DNA from: a virus
IMG/VR virus record: IMGVR_UViG_3300047168_000018
Span: 7,887 to 71,886 of that record
Reading direction: 5' to 3' (one strand)
DNA: 64,000 nt
Shown: positions 8,725-18,115 of the stretch, piece after piece
Numbering within the stretch: position 1 is the first letter of the stretch
How the letters are laid out: each line of letters starts with the position of its first letter
The notes under the pieces: generated by a model
Told to the model about the DNA's origin: nothing
Databases searched by the model: none
Seen by the model: the letters and a program-made list of their open reading frames with translations, nothing else
Program-made: the position numbers and the translations under genes

Positions 8725-10481
8725 CCGCCGGCTCATCTTTTGTTCAGACGTTCGGCGGTTCCGCCATCCGGCCTGCCCAGCCCTCCTACGAGGCGCTGAC
8801 GATCGCCGCCAACCAAGCCCTTGTCTGGCCGCTCGAAAGTGCCGGGGGCGTGCCCTATGTCGCGGCGGTCATGGGGGTCACGGCTTCGGCGAACGGGCTG
8901 CAACTCCAAATGCCGCCTGGCAACCTCGGCTCGAACGGCGCGCAGGCCATCGTGATGAACCTCGGGACGGACAGTTTCACCGTCACCGACACGGCGGGCA
9001 ATCCGATCTGCACGATCACGACGACGCAGGCATGGGTCATCACGCTCACGGACAACACGACGACAAACGGCTCGTGGCTCGCAATCCAGCTTGGCTCGAC
9101 CGTCTCGCAGGCGGTCGCATCTGCGCTGGCGGGCTACGGGCTTGAGGCTGTCGGCACCCAGCTTTGGGCAAACTGGCCGACGACAACGGTCTCGGCGACA
9201 GGAACAATCGGGGCGAGCGAGCGCAGCAACGCGATCGTCTGGACCGGCGCGACCGGGACGCTTCAGTTGGCCGGGATCGCCGCGACGCTCGGCATCGGCT
9301 GGTTCGCGGCGATCAGCAATCTCGGAACCGGGGCGCTGACGTTGGAGACATCCGGCGCGGACACGATCAACGGCGCAGGCAGCGTCATCCTCCAGCCGGG
9401 CAACTCGGGCCTGATCGTCGCCGGGTCGGGGGAGTTCGTGACCTTCGGACTGCTTCCGGTTCCGCTGTCCATCGCCGACGGGGGCACGGGGGCGACAAGC
9501 GCGCCGGCCGCACTGACCGCCCTCGGCGGGACCGCTCTTGGAACGTCGATCTTCACGGCGGCTTCGGCGGCGGCGGTGCTTTCCCTGCTCGGGATCAATG
9601 CGTCGATTTTCACCGAAAACACCGTGACGACGAGCCAGACGCTCGCCGCCGGTTCCAGCGGGACGATTTTCGTCACCGCGACGACGGGGCTGACGTTCAC
9701 CCTTCCGCTGACAACGACGCTGACGAAATCCTTCGTCGTCGGGTTCACCACAAGGGGCTATGCGGCAACCATCGCGCCCCAGGCGGCCGATACGATCTTC
9801 GGTTTGTCCGAGGGGGCTTCGTTTACGCTGCCGACGAATTGCTCCCTGATTCTCGTCACGGACGCCAACGGCAAATGGTGGCCGGTAATGTGCGGGCCAA
9901 CCATGACGAGCGGGGGCGGCATGTCTTTTGCCGGCAGCGTTACCGTTGGGGTTAATCTGACCGTTGACAACACACTGACCGTTGACGATGGCATAGCGAT
10001 GGCGACAGGAACCGGGATCGGGTTCGGCGCCAATTTGTATTTCAACGACACGGGATCACAAGCCTTTGGAATGCGGACTGGCGGCAGCGGTAATTCAAAA
10101 TACTTTACGTTCGACGCAAGCGGCAACGGGAATGCCCTCAACGGTTCCTGGGTCAACGGTTCCGATGGGCGGCTGAAATCCGATCAGCAGCCGATCACCC
10201 CACAGGAAGGGCTTGCCTACTGCCTCTCCGGTCTGCCGATGACCTACACGATGGGCGGCGTGCGCAAAGCCGGCTTCATCGCGCAGCATGACCTGAAGGA
10301 CACCGCCAGGGCCATCGCGATCAGCCAGCTTCCGAACAAGGAAATGAAGGCCGATGCCGAAAGCCCGGAAGGCATCCAGTTCGGTCGCGACTACGCCCAG
10401 GACAACGCCTACACCCAAGCGGCGATTCAGGCGCTCGCGGCGAAAATCGCCGAACTTGAGGCGAAGCTGGCGGCGAAATGA
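8721..10481 (+). CDS. tail fibre with C-terminal peptidase S74 intramolecular chaperone
   Basis: PLSIADGGTGATS fibre motif; SDGRLKSD..GFIAQ..AIQALAAKIAELE. Confidence 0.8.
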   Translation: MTAGSSFVQTFGGSAIRPAQPSYEALTIAANQALVWPLESAGGVPYVAAVMGVTASANGLQLQMPPGNLGSNGAQAIVMNLGTDSFTVTDTAGNPICTITTTQAWVITLTDNTTTNGSWLAIQLGSTVSQAVASALAGYGLEAVGTQLWANWPTTTVSATGTIGASERSNAIVWTGATGTLQLAGIAATLGIGWFAAISNLGTGALTLETSGADTINGAGSVILQPGNSGLIVAGSGEFVTFGLLPVPLSIADGGTGATSAPAALTALGGTALGTSIFTAASAAAVLSLLGINASIFTENTVTTSQTLAAGSSGTIFVTATTGLTFTLPLTTTLTKSFVVGFTTRGYAATIAPQAADTIFGLSEGASFTLPTNCSLILVTDANGKWWPVMCGPTMTSGGGMSFAGSVTVGVNLTVDNTLTVDDGIAMATGTGIGFGANLYFNDTGSQAFGMRTGGSGNSKYFTFDASGNGNALNGSWVNGSDGRLKSDQQPITPQEGLAYCLSGLPMTYTMGGVRKAGFIAQHDLKDTARAIAISQLPNKEMKADAESPEGIQFGRDYAQDNAYTQAAIQALAAKIAELEAKLAAK

Positions 10482-12049
10482 CAAAGCCTTTTTCGCTCGA
10501 CTTCCAATCCGGCATCCAGCGCGACGGCACGCAACTGGACGCCAAGCGGTGCCTGGAAGCCCTTTGGTGCAGGTGGCGGCTTCAGCGCCCCCGCAAAATG
10601 GGCGGCTTTCAGCAGATCAGCGATCAGCTAAACGGCATCCCCCGGCGGCTTCACGTCTTCTATAACAACGGCCTCAACTACGCTCACATCGGAACATCGG
10701 CCGGCATCCAGCAGGTCGTGTTCGACAACAACGGCAATTTCGTCAGCATCGCCGACCGAACGCCGACGACATTCCTCGGCGGCGTGGATGTCGGCTTTAC
10801 CTTCGATGCGATCTTCGACACGACAAGCGGTGTCGTTCAGCTGGTCGGACACTCGGTTCCCGATCTCGGAAACTTGTCGTCGAGTATCCAGACCGTGCCT
10901 TTCATTGGCGACATCACATCGGTTACCCCGCTTTCGCCCTTCAGCAATCCGGGCACGATCCCGAGCGGGACGTGGATACAGCCATCGGTCGCCGGCGGTA
11001 TCGTCTGCGTCCAACCGTTCGTGTTCGACTTTGATTCGAGTGGCCTTGTGCAATGGTCGGCCCCCAACCTTCCCCTGTATCTCGGGGTGACGGGAGGCGA
11101 GACCGGCGCGGGGCAGGCCCGAATTTCGGCGCAGAAGATTGTCGCCGGGACAGCACTTCGCGGCGGCGGCGTTCAAAGCCCGGCGGCTTTGTTCTGGTCG
11201 CTGTCGGAAGTCATCACCGCAACCTATGTCGGCACGCCCGCGTGGTTTGCTTTCAACACGATCTCGCCGTCGTCCTCGATCATTTCAAGCGATGCGGTGA
11301 TCGAGTATGACGGGCTCTATTTCTGGTGCGGCATCGACCGCTGGCTGGTGTTCAACGGCACCGTCACCGAAGTTCCGAACAACCAGAATCAGGACTGGTT
11401 CTTCGACAACCTGACGCCTGGCTACGAGTCCCGCACCTTCGCCTTCAAGGTGCCGCGCTACGGCGAAATCTGGTGGTGTGCGTGCATGTTCGGCGCGACC
11501 GAGCCGAATTACGCGGTGATCTACAATCTGCGCGAGAACGCTTGGTACGACACGCAGCTGCCGGGATCTGGAAGGGGGGCCGGGTATTTCGCCCAGGGCT
11601 TCCGCTATCCCCTCATGTGCGGGCTGGACCCGGGACCGCAGGGCTACTCGCTGTGGATGCACGAGGTCGGCACCGATCAGGTCGCGGGGAATACGCGATC
11701 CGCGGTGCGCAGCTACTTCGAGACGCCCTGGTTCGGGGGGCCGGTCGACAATCCCCCTGACGATAGAGGGCTTCAGTTCGCGGAGTTCGAGCCCGACATC
11801 ATCCAATCGGGAGACCTGTCCTGCTATCTCATCGGGGCGGCAAACGCCCGGGCGCAGCAGAACTCCGGGCCATCCGTTCCCATCGTCGCCGTGCCCTCCG
11901 GGCCGGCCGAGCAGTTCGCTTCGTTCACCCCGACACAGTCCCAACGGCTGACCCGGATGCACGTCGAGTCGAACGTCGTCGGGGGCAACTACATCATCGG
12001 ACGGGGAATCGGCCACGGAGCGCCGGCCGAGGCGCGGATCAAGGGGTAA
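10478..12049 (+). CDS. tail nozzle / tail tubular protein B-like (P22 gp10-like)
   Basis: GIQRDGT; RPRKMGG; VIEYDGLYFWCG.DR; KVPRYGEIWW; AVIYNLRENAWYD; size and position. Confidence 0.7.
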   Translation: MTKPFSLDFQSGIQRDGTQLDAKRCLEALWCRWRLQRPRKMGGFQQISDQLNGIPRRLHVFYNNGLNYAHIGTSAGIQQVVFDNNGNFVSIADRTPTTFLGGVDVGFTFDAIFDTTSGVVQLVGHSVPDLGNLSSSIQTVPFIGDITSVTPLSPFSNPGTIPSGTWIQPSVAGGIVCVQPFVFDFDSSGLVQWSAPNLPLYLGVTGGETGAGQARISAQKIVAGTALRGGGVQSPAALFWSLSEVITATYVGTPAWFAFNTISPSSSIISSDAVIEYDGLYFWCGIDRWLVFNGTVTEVPNNQNQDWFFDNLTPGYESRTFAFKVPRYGEIWWCACMFGATEPNYAVIYNLRENAWYDTQLPGSGRGAGYFAQGFRYPLMCGLDPGPQGYSLWMHEVGTDQVAGNTRSAVRSYFETPWFGGPVDNPPDDRGLQFAEFEPDIIQSGDLSCYLIGAANARAQQNSGPSVPIVAVPSGPAEQFASFTPTQSQRLTRMHVESNVVGGNYIIGRGIGHGAPAEARIKG

Positions 12050-12288
12050 TGCTCGTCATCGACCCGCGATTTCTCGACGTGATCCGCTGGACGGCAGAGA
12101 CCGGGGCGCAACTGGCTTCCTACGGCACGATCGGGCGGCTGCTCAACCCCGACGGCTGGCGCGAGTGGGGGCAGGGGGTTGTGTCGATCCCGGCCGTGCA
12201 GGCGTTGAACCCGCCCGAGCCGTCGCGGTATCCGGTCTGGTCGGATTGGGCGCTTGCCTTGAACCAGACCCTTGTGCATCTGGCGTAG
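12049..12288 (+). CDS. small Trp-rich virion protein
   Basis: Coupled start; GWREWG..PEPSRYPVWSDWA. Confidence 0.7.
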   Translation: MLVIDPRFLDVIRWTAETGAQLASYGTIGRLLNPDGWREWGQGVVSIPAVQALNPPEPSRYPVWSDWALALNQTLVHLA

Positions 12289-12350
12289 CCCCTTCCGTTT
12301 TCGGTTCAACCGATGATAATGTGCCCTGGCGTTGGCCCTGGGCGGTCGGC

Positions 12351-12371
12351 GGGACGTGTTCGCAACACTCC
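12351..12371 (+). repeat. hairpin element copy C (GTGTT-CGC-AACAC)
   Basis: Same TGYT-N3-ARCA core; about 35 nt downstream of TGATAAT (extended -10-like). Confidence 0.45.
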
Positions 12372-12410
12372 TGGCCGGGGACCGTCGTGCAATCCACCGA
12401 CTTCAAGGGC

Positions 12411-12623
12411 ATGGTCGACGCCGCCATCACCGGCTCGAAGCGCCGGATGGCAAGGGGCGGCAAGGTCAAGAAACCGAACCTGACCGTCATCATCATGGCC
12501 CCGCCGCCAATTCCCGGCCCGGCAATGCAGCAGCGTCCCCTGCCCCCGCACATCCCGATCCTCGGCGCCCTGGCGCACGCGGTCATCATGCACCACGCCG
12601 CCCGCAAGCTGGCCCGGCGATGA
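12411..12623 (+). CDS. small basic/Pro-rich protein with MARGGKV motif (alternative start 12447)
   Basis: RRMARGGKVKK..ILGALAH; stop overlaps the GNAT start. Confidence 0.55.
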   Translation: MVDAAITGSKRRMARGGKVKKPNLTVIIMAPPPIPGPAMQQRPLPPHIPILGALAHAVIMHHAARKLARR

Positions 12624-13417
12624 GCCATATCGGCATCCGCCCCCCGAACGGGGCGGCCCTGGTTCGACGGGTCGGCCCCGAGGCGGCGACGCGGGTCAAT
12701 GAGATCGTGAACGATCCTGCGGTCCGCCCGTGGCTGGCGAACGACGACGACGGCGTCATAGACATGGGCGTCGCCCTGGCGCATCCCGGCAACGTCATGC
12801 TGCTCGGGGAACACGGCGGCTGCCTGTTCTTCTGGCTGGGCGGCGATGGCCGATACGAGGTCCACACCTTCGTTCTTCCGGCCGGCCGGGGCGCCTGGAC
12901 CCGCGCGATGACGGAGGCGGTGCTCTGGTACATGTTTACCCGCACCGATTGCCGGGAAGTGCTGACCCGCGTTCCCGCCCCCCATGCCGCCGCAAAGGCC
13001 GCAACGGTTGCCGTTGGGATGCAATTCCAGTTCTCCGAACCCGGCGGCGTGATCTTCCGCAACCACCGCGTCGACCTCGACATTTATTCGATCACGCTTG
13101 AGGACTGGATACTCGGGGCGCCGTTCCTGCCCGAAGCCGGGCAATGGCTGCACAACCGGATGGCGCAGGAGGCCAAGCGCCTCGGCCTGACCGACGAGCC
13201 GCACGAGGACAGCCCGGCGCACAACCGCTTTGTCGGGGCGGCTTTCGAGATGGCGAGGCACGGACAGCTTGCGAAGGCGGTCGGCACCTACAACCGCTGG
13301 GCCGTCGTCGTCCGCCACGCGACAATCGAAATCGCCTCGAACAATCCGCCGGCGGTGAAGTTCGACATCGGCCTTCTCGTGATCCGACGGGATGACATCG
13401 AAGTGGTGCCAACGTGA
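12620..13417 (+). CDS. GNAT-fold acyltransferase-like protein preceding the ejection proteins
   Basis: YEVHTFVLPAGRG..WYMF..VLTRVP..AVGMQF; position analogous to T7 gp13. Confidence 0.65.
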   Translation: MSHIGIRPPNGAALVRRVGPEAATRVNEIVNDPAVRPWLANDDDGVIDMGVALAHPGNVMLLGEHGGCLFFWLGGDGRYEVHTFVLPAGRGAWTRAMTEAVLWYMFTRTDCREVLTRVPAPHAAAKAATVAVGMQFQFSEPGGVIFRNHRVDLDIYSITLEDWILGAPFLPEAGQWLHNRMAQEAKRLGLTDEPHEDSPAHNRFVGAAFEMARHGQLAKAVGTYNRWAVVVRHATIEIASNNPPAVKFDIGLLVIRRDDIEVVPT

Positions 13418-14748
13418 GGTTCGTCCACACCTTCAACGGCTTCGATCAGCAGCACGAATCGCCGGGGCTTTGCAGTTTTGGCATCACCGAGGCGATCGGC
13501 GGCATCATCGCTGGCGTTGCCGCAAGTGCGGGCGCCAGCGCGGCGGCGGCGGGCGTAATCGGCACCGTTGGCACTGGCGCGCTCCTCGGGGCGGGTGCCG
13601 GCGCCGTCGGGAGCGCCCTCACGGGCGGCAAGCCCCTTGTCGGCGCACTCACCGGCGGTTTGACCGGCGGCGTCACGGGGGGCTTGGCGGGGCCGGTTTC
13701 GGGCGCGCTGGGCATCAGCCAGGGTGCCGCCGGCGCGCTGGTCGGCGGCGTTACCGATGCGGGACTCGGTGCCATCACCAACCCGCAGAATCCGCTCGGC
13801 GGCGCGCTGTCCGGTGGCCTGACGGGGGCGGCAACAGGCTATGGCCTGGGCAACTCGGGGCTGTTCAATGCCGCGACCGACCCGGCGGCAATCAGCAATT
13901 CCATCTCGTCGAGCCTGGGTGCCGGCGGCAACAGCAGCTTCATGGACGGTGGTGGCGGCGGCCCGCTTACCGACCCCGCATCGCAAATGGGTGCCGGCAC
14001 ATCGAATCTGGCGGTGAACTCCGCAGCGGCCGCAAGCGGTTCGGTGCCGGCCGCAAGCAATCTCGGCAACGCGAGCGCCGGCAGCAACAACGGCAGCGGG
14101 ACCGGCCTGTTCGGCGGCAAGATCAGCAACACGTCGCTCCTGCTCGGCGCACTGTCCGCCGCCGGCAGCCTGTTCAACAAGCCGCAGCAATCCCAAGCCG
14201 GCCTCACGGCGCAGCAGCTTGCAGCCATCCAGCAGCAGCAGGGCGCGCTCTACAACACCCCGCTCAACACCAACGTGCCAGGCCGCACCGCCGTCGCGCC
14301 GAATTACACGACGCCGACCGCACCGACGACGCCCGCGCAGCTGGGCAACCCGAACTCGTGGTACACCTATGGGTCGCGGCCCGAAGCGACGTTCTTTACG
14401 AACAATAATTTGCAGGCGTACGGTTGGGCCAAAGGCGGGGCGCTCAGCGGAGAGTTCTCGACACGCGGAACGGGATCGCGCCAAGTCCGCGGCCCGGGCA
14501 CGGGGGTGTCTGATGACGTGCCCGCTCGCCTCTCCAATGGCGAATACGTCCTGACAGCGGCGGACGTGAGTCGCATCGGTTCGCCGAAAAACCCGAGTGC
14601 CCCTGGCGCCAATGATCGCGGGGCGCGGATTCTGGATAAGGACCGGGCGGCACTTGCCCGGCTGGTGGGCCAGAGGCAATACGAACCGAGGAAGTCGAAG
14701 GTTTCGATCAACGAGAGTTCGATCACGCATCGCGGGCGCGCGGCATGA
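13414..14748 (+). CDS. ejection/internal virion protein 1 (Gly/Ala-rich hydrophobic N-half)
   Basis: Glycine-zipper-like helices; C-terminal WAKGG..VRGPGTGVSDDVPARLSNGEYVL domain. Confidence 0.75.
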   Translation: MRFVHTFNGFDQQHESPGLCSFGITEAIGGIIAGVAASAGASAAAAGVIGTVGTGALLGAGAGAVGSALTGGKPLVGALTGGLTGGVTGGLAGPVSGALGISQGAAGALVGGVTDAGLGAITNPQNPLGGALSGGLTGAATGYGLGNSGLFNAATDPAAISNSISSSLGAGGNSSFMDGGGGGPLTDPASQMGAGTSNLAVNSAAAASGSVPAASNLGNASAGSNNGSGTGLFGGKISNTSLLLGALSAAGSLFNKPQQSQAGLTAQQLAAIQQQQGALYNTPLNTNVPGRTAVAPNYTTPTAPTTPAQLGNPNSWYTYGSRPEATFFTNNNLQAYGWAKGGALSGEFSTRGTGSRQVRGPGTGVSDDVPARLSNGEYVLTAADVSRIGSPKNPSAPGANDRGARILDKDRAALARLVGQRQYEPRKSKVSINESSITHRGRAA

Positions 14749-14808
14749 GCGCGCTTCAGGTTCAATCGCCTGTTTTCGTTCCATTCTACGTTTGGCATAA
14801 TGACGAGG

Positions 14809-14845
14809 CGCCGGCTGTTACCAGCAGCACGGCGCCTCTGACCAC
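14809..14845 (+). repeat. hairpin element copy B upstream of the GIY-YIG gene
   Basis: CGCCGGCTG-ttaccag-CAGCACGGCGCC-tc-TGACCAC, preceded by CATAAT. Confidence 0.7.
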
Positions 14846-14864
14846 TTCACGAGTAAGGGGCTCG

Positions 14865-15704
14865 ATGATGGCTGACCCAGACCTAGCCGTGCGCGTGTCC
14901 GTCTACAAGGTAACGCACATCGAAACCGGACGCTCGTACATCGGGATCACGCGGCAGCAGCCGGCAAAGCGGTGGCGCCAGCACGGATGGGACGCGAATA
15001 ATCCCGACCGCTGCAAAGCGCCGCTTCATCGCGCGATCCTGAAATACGGCCAGGACGCATTTGCGTTTGAGGTCATTTTTGTGGCTTTCGGCGAAGACGC
15101 CGGACGCCTGCTTGAGCGCGATTTCATCGCCTCGCACAACACGATGCGTCCGCATGGTTTTAATCTGACCAGTGGCGGCGAGATGCTGTCCGGCACAAAG
15201 CGATCCGAGGAGGCGAATGCCAACAATCGGGCCGCGCGCCTCGGCAAGGTGATGCCGTCTGAGGTCCGGGCGAAGATCAGCGCCGCACTCAAAGGGCGCC
15301 CCAAGACACCAGAGCATGCGGCAGCGGCCGGAAGGGCGCAGATCGGCAGGCGTCAGTCCGACGAGACCCGCCGAAAAGTCAGCATCGCGATGAAGGCTCT
15401 GTGGATGGACCCGGCCGAAAAAGCGGGCCTCCTTGAGCGCGCTCGCCTTGCTGGTCCAAATATCAGCGCAGGTAAAAAGCGCGCATGGGCCGACCCCGAA
15501 TTTCGGGAGCGCATGAAGACTTGCGTTAAACCACCGCGGGTCAGTGAGGAATCGCGACGCAAAGCAGCAGCGGCTCTCAAAATCCGGTGGGCGGAACCGG
15601 GCTACCGAGAAATGATGGCGGCTGCGCGCGATAACTCGCCAAAAGTCAAAGCGTTTCGTAGCAGAAGCCGGAACGAAAAAGTGTCCGGTGAGGGCGATTC
15701 ATGA
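14865..15704 (+). CDS. GIY-YIG homing endonuclease with NUMOD3-like repeats
   Basis: SVYKVTH..SYIGIT..RW.QH; FNLTSGGE; repeated S.E.R.K.S.A motifs. Confidence 0.85.
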   Translation: MMADPDLAVRVSVYKVTHIETGRSYIGITRQQPAKRWRQHGWDANNPDRCKAPLHRAILKYGQDAFAFEVIFVAFGEDAGRLLERDFIASHNTMRPHGFNLTSGGEMLSGTKRSEEANANNRAARLGKVMPSEVRAKISAALKGRPKTPEHAAAAGRAQIGRRQSDETRRKVSIAMKALWMDPAEKAGLLERARLAGPNISAGKKRAWADPEFRERMKTCVKPPRVSEESRRKAAAALKIRWAEPGYREMMAAARDNSPKVKAFRSRSRNEKVSGEGDS

Positions 15705-16726
15705 GCGGTGCCCTCTCCTCGATCTTTTCTGGGCAGCCCACGCCCGCCCAGCCGACCGAGAGCGATACCCAAACGAACTCGCCTCTCTGGATGCAGCAGT
15801 ATCTCGCGAACATCGCGAACGCTGCAACCAACCTTGCTGGCACTCAATATACACCGTTTCCCGGACCTACCGTTGCTTCCCCGTCCGCCGCGACGCAGCA
15901 GTCGTGGCAGATGGCGCTCAACAATGTGGGCAGCTACCAGCCGGACCTGACGCAGGCGCAGAACCTGATTCAGCAGGGGTCTGCGCCGCTCACGGCGGCT
16001 TCGATCAACTCGTATATGTCGCCGTACATGGGCGATGTCGTCGGTGCGCTTCAGAGCGCGTCGAACACGAATTTCCAGCAAAACCAGATGCCGGCGATCT
16101 CGTCGCAGTTCGTCGGCGCGGGGCAGGCGGCGTCGCCGCAGATGGCGCAGGCCGACAACAACGCCCTCTATCAGAACAACCAAGCTTTGGATCAGGCGGT
16201 CTCGGGGGCACTTCAGTCGGGCTACACGCAGGCGACGCAGACCGCAGAACAGCAGCAGCAGAACGCGCTGACAGCGGGGAGCCAGTACGGGCAGCTTGGC
16301 GCGCTTCAGAGCCAGCTTGGCGCGCTGGATGTCGGGCAGGTTGCGGCGGCGGGCGCTGGTCAGGACACCTACAACCAGTCGAACATCAACGCGGCGCTGA
16401 ACAATTTCTATGCGCAGCAGCAGTGGCCGTATCAGAACTTGGCCTATGCCTCGAACATCATCCGGGGTCAGAACGTGCCGTCGAACACGATGACGGTCGG
16501 GACGCAGTACACGCCGAATACGTCCTACACGGCGTCGCCGCTGTCGGCGTTCGTCGGCACGACCCTGGGGGCTGCGTCGCTCGGCTCGAACAACAATTCC
16601 AGTTCGAGCAGCAATTCCAATTCGAGCAGCGGCCTGAGCAGCCTGTTTTCCGGCAGCGGCGGCCAGGCCCGTGGCGGTCACATCCGTCCGAAAGGCGCGT
16701 TGCAGCACTTCAAGCGGGCGGCGTAA
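15701..16726 (+). CDS. ejection/DNA-transfer protein 2 (Gln/Ala-rich)
   Basis: P.W.QQY..YTPFPGPTVA; YMSPY; QQQWPYQNLAYASNIIRG; C-terminal QARGGHI. Confidence 0.75.
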   Translation: MSGALSSIFSGQPTPAQPTESDTQTNSPLWMQQYLANIANAATNLAGTQYTPFPGPTVASPSAATQQSWQMALNNVGSYQPDLTQAQNLIQQGSAPLTAASINSYMSPYMGDVVGALQSASNTNFQQNQMPAISSQFVGAGQAASPQMAQADNNALYQNNQALDQAVSGALQSGYTQATQTAEQQQQNALTAGSQYGQLGALQSQLGALDVGQVAAAGAGQDTYNQSNINAALNNFYAQQQWPYQNLAYASNIIRGQNVPSNTMTVGTQYTPNTSYTASPLSAFVGTTLGAASLGSNNNSSSSSNSNSSSGLSSLFSGSGGQARGGHIRPKGALQHFKRAA

Positions 16727-18115
16727 GTGGCCGGCGCGCTGTCGGGCCGGTATCGCTTTGCCGACGGGGGAGGCGCGGGGACGGACCAGCCGTTCACGCC
16801 GGGCTACGGCACCTACGCAGCCTCGACGAACCCGAACGCGGTCAACGACCCCTATGCAGCAATCTCAATCGCTGCAAACCCGCCGCCGCTTCAGGACAAT
16901 CAGGCGGCAGCCGATCAACTGGCGTTCGGGCAAAGCCTGCGCGGCCAGGGATCGCCGACGCAGCAGTATGAGGCTCTGAGGGGCCAGCGCGATGCTGCGG
17001 CCGCGCAGAAGGCGAAGTCGATTCAGGACGCGATGGCGATCCTGCAAGCGGGGAAAAACAGCCAGACGACGAGCCTGCCGATGCTTGCCGCCGCAGGGGC
17101 GATGCTGGCGCCGACGCGAACCGGCGCGTTCACGGAATCGCTTGGCAATGCCTTCTCGGCGGCGGGTCCGGCAATTGCTCGCCAGCGCCAGGAGGATTGG
17201 CAGCAGAACGAGGCGCAGGCAAACCTTGGCGTCGAGGCCGGCAGTATTCCCTTGCAGGTCTCGTCCGAGGACATGCAGGATTTTTGGAAGCGGATGCAGC
17301 TTGCCGAGCAGGCGCAGCAGGGCGCGGCGCTCGTCGGCGGCAGGACGCAGGTTTCCCAGGTCAATGCGCAAGCGAAGGGTGACGCCGCTGCAAAGGCGGC
17401 GCAGGCGCACATTCAGGCGGCGATTATTCAGGGGGGCGCTCGCGTCGACGGCGCGACAATCGCGGCCAACCGGAAAGCGTGGGAGTACAAAGGCCCTGAT
17501 CCGTCAACCCTGGACAAGGACGGCAACCCGACGCCGAACACGCAGGGCCTTTATTGGAACTCGACCACCAACACGATGAACTATGGACCGCTTCTTGATC
17601 CAGACTCGGATTCTGGAAAAGCCGCAGCAAAGCAGTCCGTCAAGATCAATGCCGCCCGTGCCTTGATGGCGGACGCAAAGCAAAATGGCCGCACCCTGTC
17701 GCTGACTGACGCATGGGCGATGGTGAACACGGGCGTCAACAGCGACACCGCCTATCAGAAGCTGCTGAATGACCGAATGAAGGTCATTCAAGCCAACCTG
17801 AAAAACTCGAGCCTGAGCAGCGATGAAATCAGGGCGATGGCGCGCAAGCAGCTTATGGAGGGGCCGCCGCCGAAAGTTGCCCCCGACGCGACGGCATCGC
17901 CAAGCCCGTCTGGGGCATCCCCAACTGCGCCCGCCGCACCCGCAGCCGCACCAGCCGCCCCCCCCGCTCCGACGCGCGCTGGCACGACGGCACCGATCAC
18001 CACCGAGGACCATGTGGACCCGGTAACGGGCCAAGTGAAGGCACGCTTCGATCCCGTCAAGCGGGTGTGGTACGACCCGGTTACGGGCAAAGAATACCCG
18101 CCGGCAGGACAGTAG
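16727..18115 (+). CDS. ejection/internal virion protein 3 (helical)
   Basis: Abuts both neighbours; N-terminal RFADGG; MLAPTRTGAFTESLGNA. Confidence 0.7.
   Translation: MAGALSGRYRFADGGGAGTDQPFTPGYGTYAASTNPNAVNDPYAAISIAANPPPLQDNQAAADQLAFGQSLRGQGSPTQQYEALRGQRDAAAAQKAKSIQDAMAILQAGKNSQTTSLPMLAAAGAMLAPTRTGAFTESLGNAFSAAGPAIARQRQEDWQQNEAQANLGVEAGSIPLQVSSEDMQDFWKRMQLAEQAQQGAALVGGRTQVSQVNAQAKGDAAAKAAQAHIQAAIIQGGARVDGATIAANRKAWEYKGPDPSTLDKDGNPTPNTQGLYWNSTTNTMNYGPLLDPDSDSGKAAAKQSVKINAARALMADAKQNGRTLSLTDAWAMVNTGVNSDTAYQKLLNDRMKVIQANLKNSSLSSDEIRAMARKQLMEGPPPKVAPDATASPSPSGASPTAPAAPAAAPAAPPAPTRAGTTAPITTEDHVDPVTGQVKARFDPVKRVWYDPVTGKEYPPAGQ

Noticed and set aside
664-16770. Ubiquitin-like conjugation system suggested by the RGG motifs
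   Set aside because: No Ubl beta-grasp, E1/E2 or JAB gene recognised in the window; the motifs are internal rather than C-terminal
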